Shown: piece by piece, positions 61,442-64,000 of the stretch | Layout of the letters: the number at the start of each line of letters is the position of its first letter | How positions within the stretch are numbered: position 1 is the stretch's first letter | Assembly: GCF_902459465.1 (NCBI RefSeq) | Contig: NC_047070.1 | Span: 310,001-374,000, forward strand | Direction of reading: 5' to 3' | DNA: 64,000 nt | DNA from: Asterias rubens | Taxonomy: Eukaryota | The notes under the pieces: model-generated | What the model saw: only the letters and a program-made list of their open reading frames with translations | Databases searched by the model: none | What the model was told of the DNA's origin: nothing | Program-made: the position numbers and the translations under genes

Positions 61442-62818
61442 AAATGTACGAGATTTATTGTGACTAAGCAAGTCATTCATATTCAAATCTGACTTGCAAA
61501 TGGCTTTTTCAGCTTTTTGCATCGGGGATAAAGAATATTATTACTATTTTATTTTATTATTTATATTGTTTTTACACGAATAATCCGTTTGAATCAATAC
61601 CATACTGTATTGCACGCAGCATATCACCATTTGACCCACCAGTTCGACACTTAATTGCTTGTGGCAGTTAAATACTGTCAAAAAATAAATAATAAATTGT
61701 CAAATTCAGAATTACATTTCCACCAGGCGCTTTAAAATATTACAAATACATGTATAGCCCCAACACCAGCGTGTTATTTTTTTTTAAAGTCTGAATGCCA
61801 AATCCTGTACAGTTTTTTAAAAGAAATTAATCTGAAGGCAGTTATTATTATTTGTTACCCTTGTTCCAAACTGGTTATGTATACACATCATTATTACACA
61901 TAGTCGATCATACTACTTTTGAAACGCTATGGCAACGACCCTTGGCAACCGAATATGATTTCCTCTTTGAGCTAATTACATATTTCATCATGCATGACAG
62001 AGTCAGTAGAGCTTCATTGTTGCGTTTCCATGACAACCAAAGACCGAATTGCCTTGTTTTCACGTCTGGTTATCGATCACACAGCATGTGCGGCCTTCTC
62101 TCTACAGGTTGTCGTCTCAGAAAACTGTCATTTACATAATGTCTAATTTGGTTGAATTTGGGATAATTCAGTCCTGTAGTTATATTTTTCTTACCTATGT
62201 TGTTTATGGTCGTCAGTTAATTAATTCACCTGGGTTTGAACCAGTTAGTGATCAGACATAACGTTTTCAGAATAATCCATACCAAGTTATGATTCTGGCC
62301 CTTAGATCAATCAACGTAACAAGCGCAACATTTTAAACTGAGACTTTGGTGTTTTGTTTTCAAAGTTCTCGACAAAATCATTGCAAAACATCTGACATAA
62401 AGAACACAAACTTGAAGTGGTCAATGATTTTGTTTCAATGTACTTCAGATAGGGGATTAAACGTGCGTTTTGTTTGACACATGGAAGCACTAATGACAAC
62501 AAAAACAAAGCCTGACCAAGAATACCAAATATCACAGACGGGTGTAATTGGAAAATAAATCATAAATTGACAAAAATAAAATGTGAACCAATAAGAGATT
62601 ATTTTATTTAGGGATTGGATCTGGTACCAGGCGGTAACAACTCATTGCCTGTCAAGTGTACAAAGCTCTTCCACAAAAGAGAGTTACCTAGTATCACTTG
62701 ATTATACCAATGATGGCACTTTGGACTATTCTGTGAATAACACCGCAAGTTAATCATTCACGTTTTCTATGTGGTTGCATTGCGTCCGGTTACTGGGCAT
62801 TCCCTCTGATGCCCAAAT

Positions 62819-63372
62819 CTAAGACTGTGTCTTTGTAGCACTTGTTCCAGAACTTGTATCCTCCGTCTGGTTACTAGACGTCTTGCTTTCCAACATCTTC
62901 TTCCTAAGTTCGTTTTCCCTGAATGTCCGATGGAAGAGTGAGTCTATAACGGTGTCTTTACTATAACCTTCAAGATGTCCAGTCCACGATGGTTCATGGA
63001 ATGTAATGTCATACATATTGGCCCATTTGGCAAATACAGCCTTCTCTGTAAAGTATTTATGTCCATGTCTTAAATCAGCCTCGCTCCTGGAGTAGTACGC
63101 GCATTCACGCTTAACCTTGTCGTAATAGTGGTAGGGTTGAGTGTCATTTAAATTCTCACTGAAAATGGGGAAACAAGAATGGAAATAATGATATTATTTC
63201 ATTTCAATATTTCAACGATAATTTAAATGAGTTGAGATGTTTTCCCCCAAATGATCTTCTGATCAGTAACACATTAAAGTTGTTTTTTGTTGTCTCTTTC
63301 TAGCGATTCATATGAAGAGCTCGTTTGTGCACTCAGAACAACAACACCAACCACAACAACACCACCACCACC

Positions 63373-63410
<38 letters not shown>

Positions 63411-63893
63411 AACAGAAAAAGAAAAACCCCAAAACAAACAATAAAATAAAACAACAAAACAGCANNNNNNNNNNNNNNNNNNNNNNNNNNNNNNNNNNNN
63501 NNNNNNNNNNNNNNNNNNNNNNNNNNNNNNNNNNNNNNNNNNNNNNNNNNNNNNNNNNNNNNNNNNNNNNNNNNNNNNNNNNNNNNNNNNNNNNNNNNNN
63601 NNNNNNNNNNNNNNNNNNNNNNNNNNNNNNNNNNNNNNNNNNNNNNNNNNNNNNNNNNNNNNNNNNNNNNNNNNNNNNNNNNNNNNNNNNNNNNNNNNNN
63701 NNNNNNNNNNNNNNCGACATCAAGAGCAAAGAAGCAATTAAGTCTAGTACATTAGTGTTGATAAAGTAAGCGTATAGTCGGTTACCTGCAAAAGTTTTCG
63801 TGTATCATGCCATAAACTTGGATAGACTGACACATGTCCAGAGCAAACAGCATAGTTCCCCAACCTGTTGACATCCAAAACGATCCCGACGAT
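62819..63893 (-). CDS. Alpha-2,6-sialyltransferase of the ST6GalNAc III-VI type, last two exons (63893-63786, 63158-62819), 5'-partial
   Basis: The spliced frame gives sialylmotif S (WMSTGWGTMLFALDMCQSIQVYGM), motif III (PYHYYD) and the VS region (GHKYFTEKAVFAKWA...F-EPSW). Junctions are phase-consistent. The exact paralogue cannot be assigned. Confidence 0.88.
63338..63464. repeat. (CAA/CCA)n microsatellite and A-rich tract
   Basis: ACAACAACACCAACC...ACAACAACA repeats abutting the gap. Confidence 0.9.
63465..63714. other. Assembly gap (250 N) inside the sialyltransferase intron
   Basis: Run of N directly after a (CAA)n/A-rich low-complexity tract. Confidence 0.99.
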
Positions 63894-64000
63894 CTGCAGA
63901 AAAATCATCAGAACATAAAAACTTGGATTTATAATTATCTGATCATTCTGATGAAAATGCCGAGTACCATCATGTTTGATAACCAAACCCCACCCCTTCC

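Noticed and set aside
63274-63769. ORFs spanning the N run
   Set aside because: Artefacts of the assembly gap and adjacent microsatellite.

Overview
AT-rich, intron-containing eukaryotic DNA from a marine invertebrate. An echinoderm such as a sea star is the most likely source; this is an inference from the gene set and repeat types. I reconstructed six protein-coding genes by hand from GT-AG junctions with consistent phases: (1) the 3' seven coding exons of CACUL1 (+, 16-4950); (2) a complete 12-exon class B1 GPCR with CRH-receptor-like 7TM motifs but an atypical short ectodomain (-, 11281-20269); (3) a 10-coding-exon haspin kinase (-, 29731-41674); (4) a 4-exon CsgA/C-factor-like short-chain dehydrogenase (+, 47747-49287), head-to-head with haspin across a compact putative bidirectional promoter; (5) an orphan class A GPCR with an intronless CDS and a very long ICL3 (+, 57491-59179); (6) the last two exons of an ST6GalNAc-type sialyltransferase (-, 62819-63893), with a 250-N gap in the intron. 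Non-coding DNA is dense with TTAA-flanked Kolobok/T2-like MITEs, other inverted-repeat elements, tRNA-derived SINEs, L2/CR1 LINE fragments and young tandem repeats. The most unusual items are a ~10-copy 141-bp array that duplicates the haspin Gly-loop/catalytic-Lys exon end together with its splice donor, the class B GPCR lacking a recognisable hormone-binding domain, and a recurring tendency of tandem arrays to sit on exon/intron or transposon junctions. No prokaryotic features (CRISPR, operons, rRNA) are present. All family assignments come from motif recognition, not database searches.
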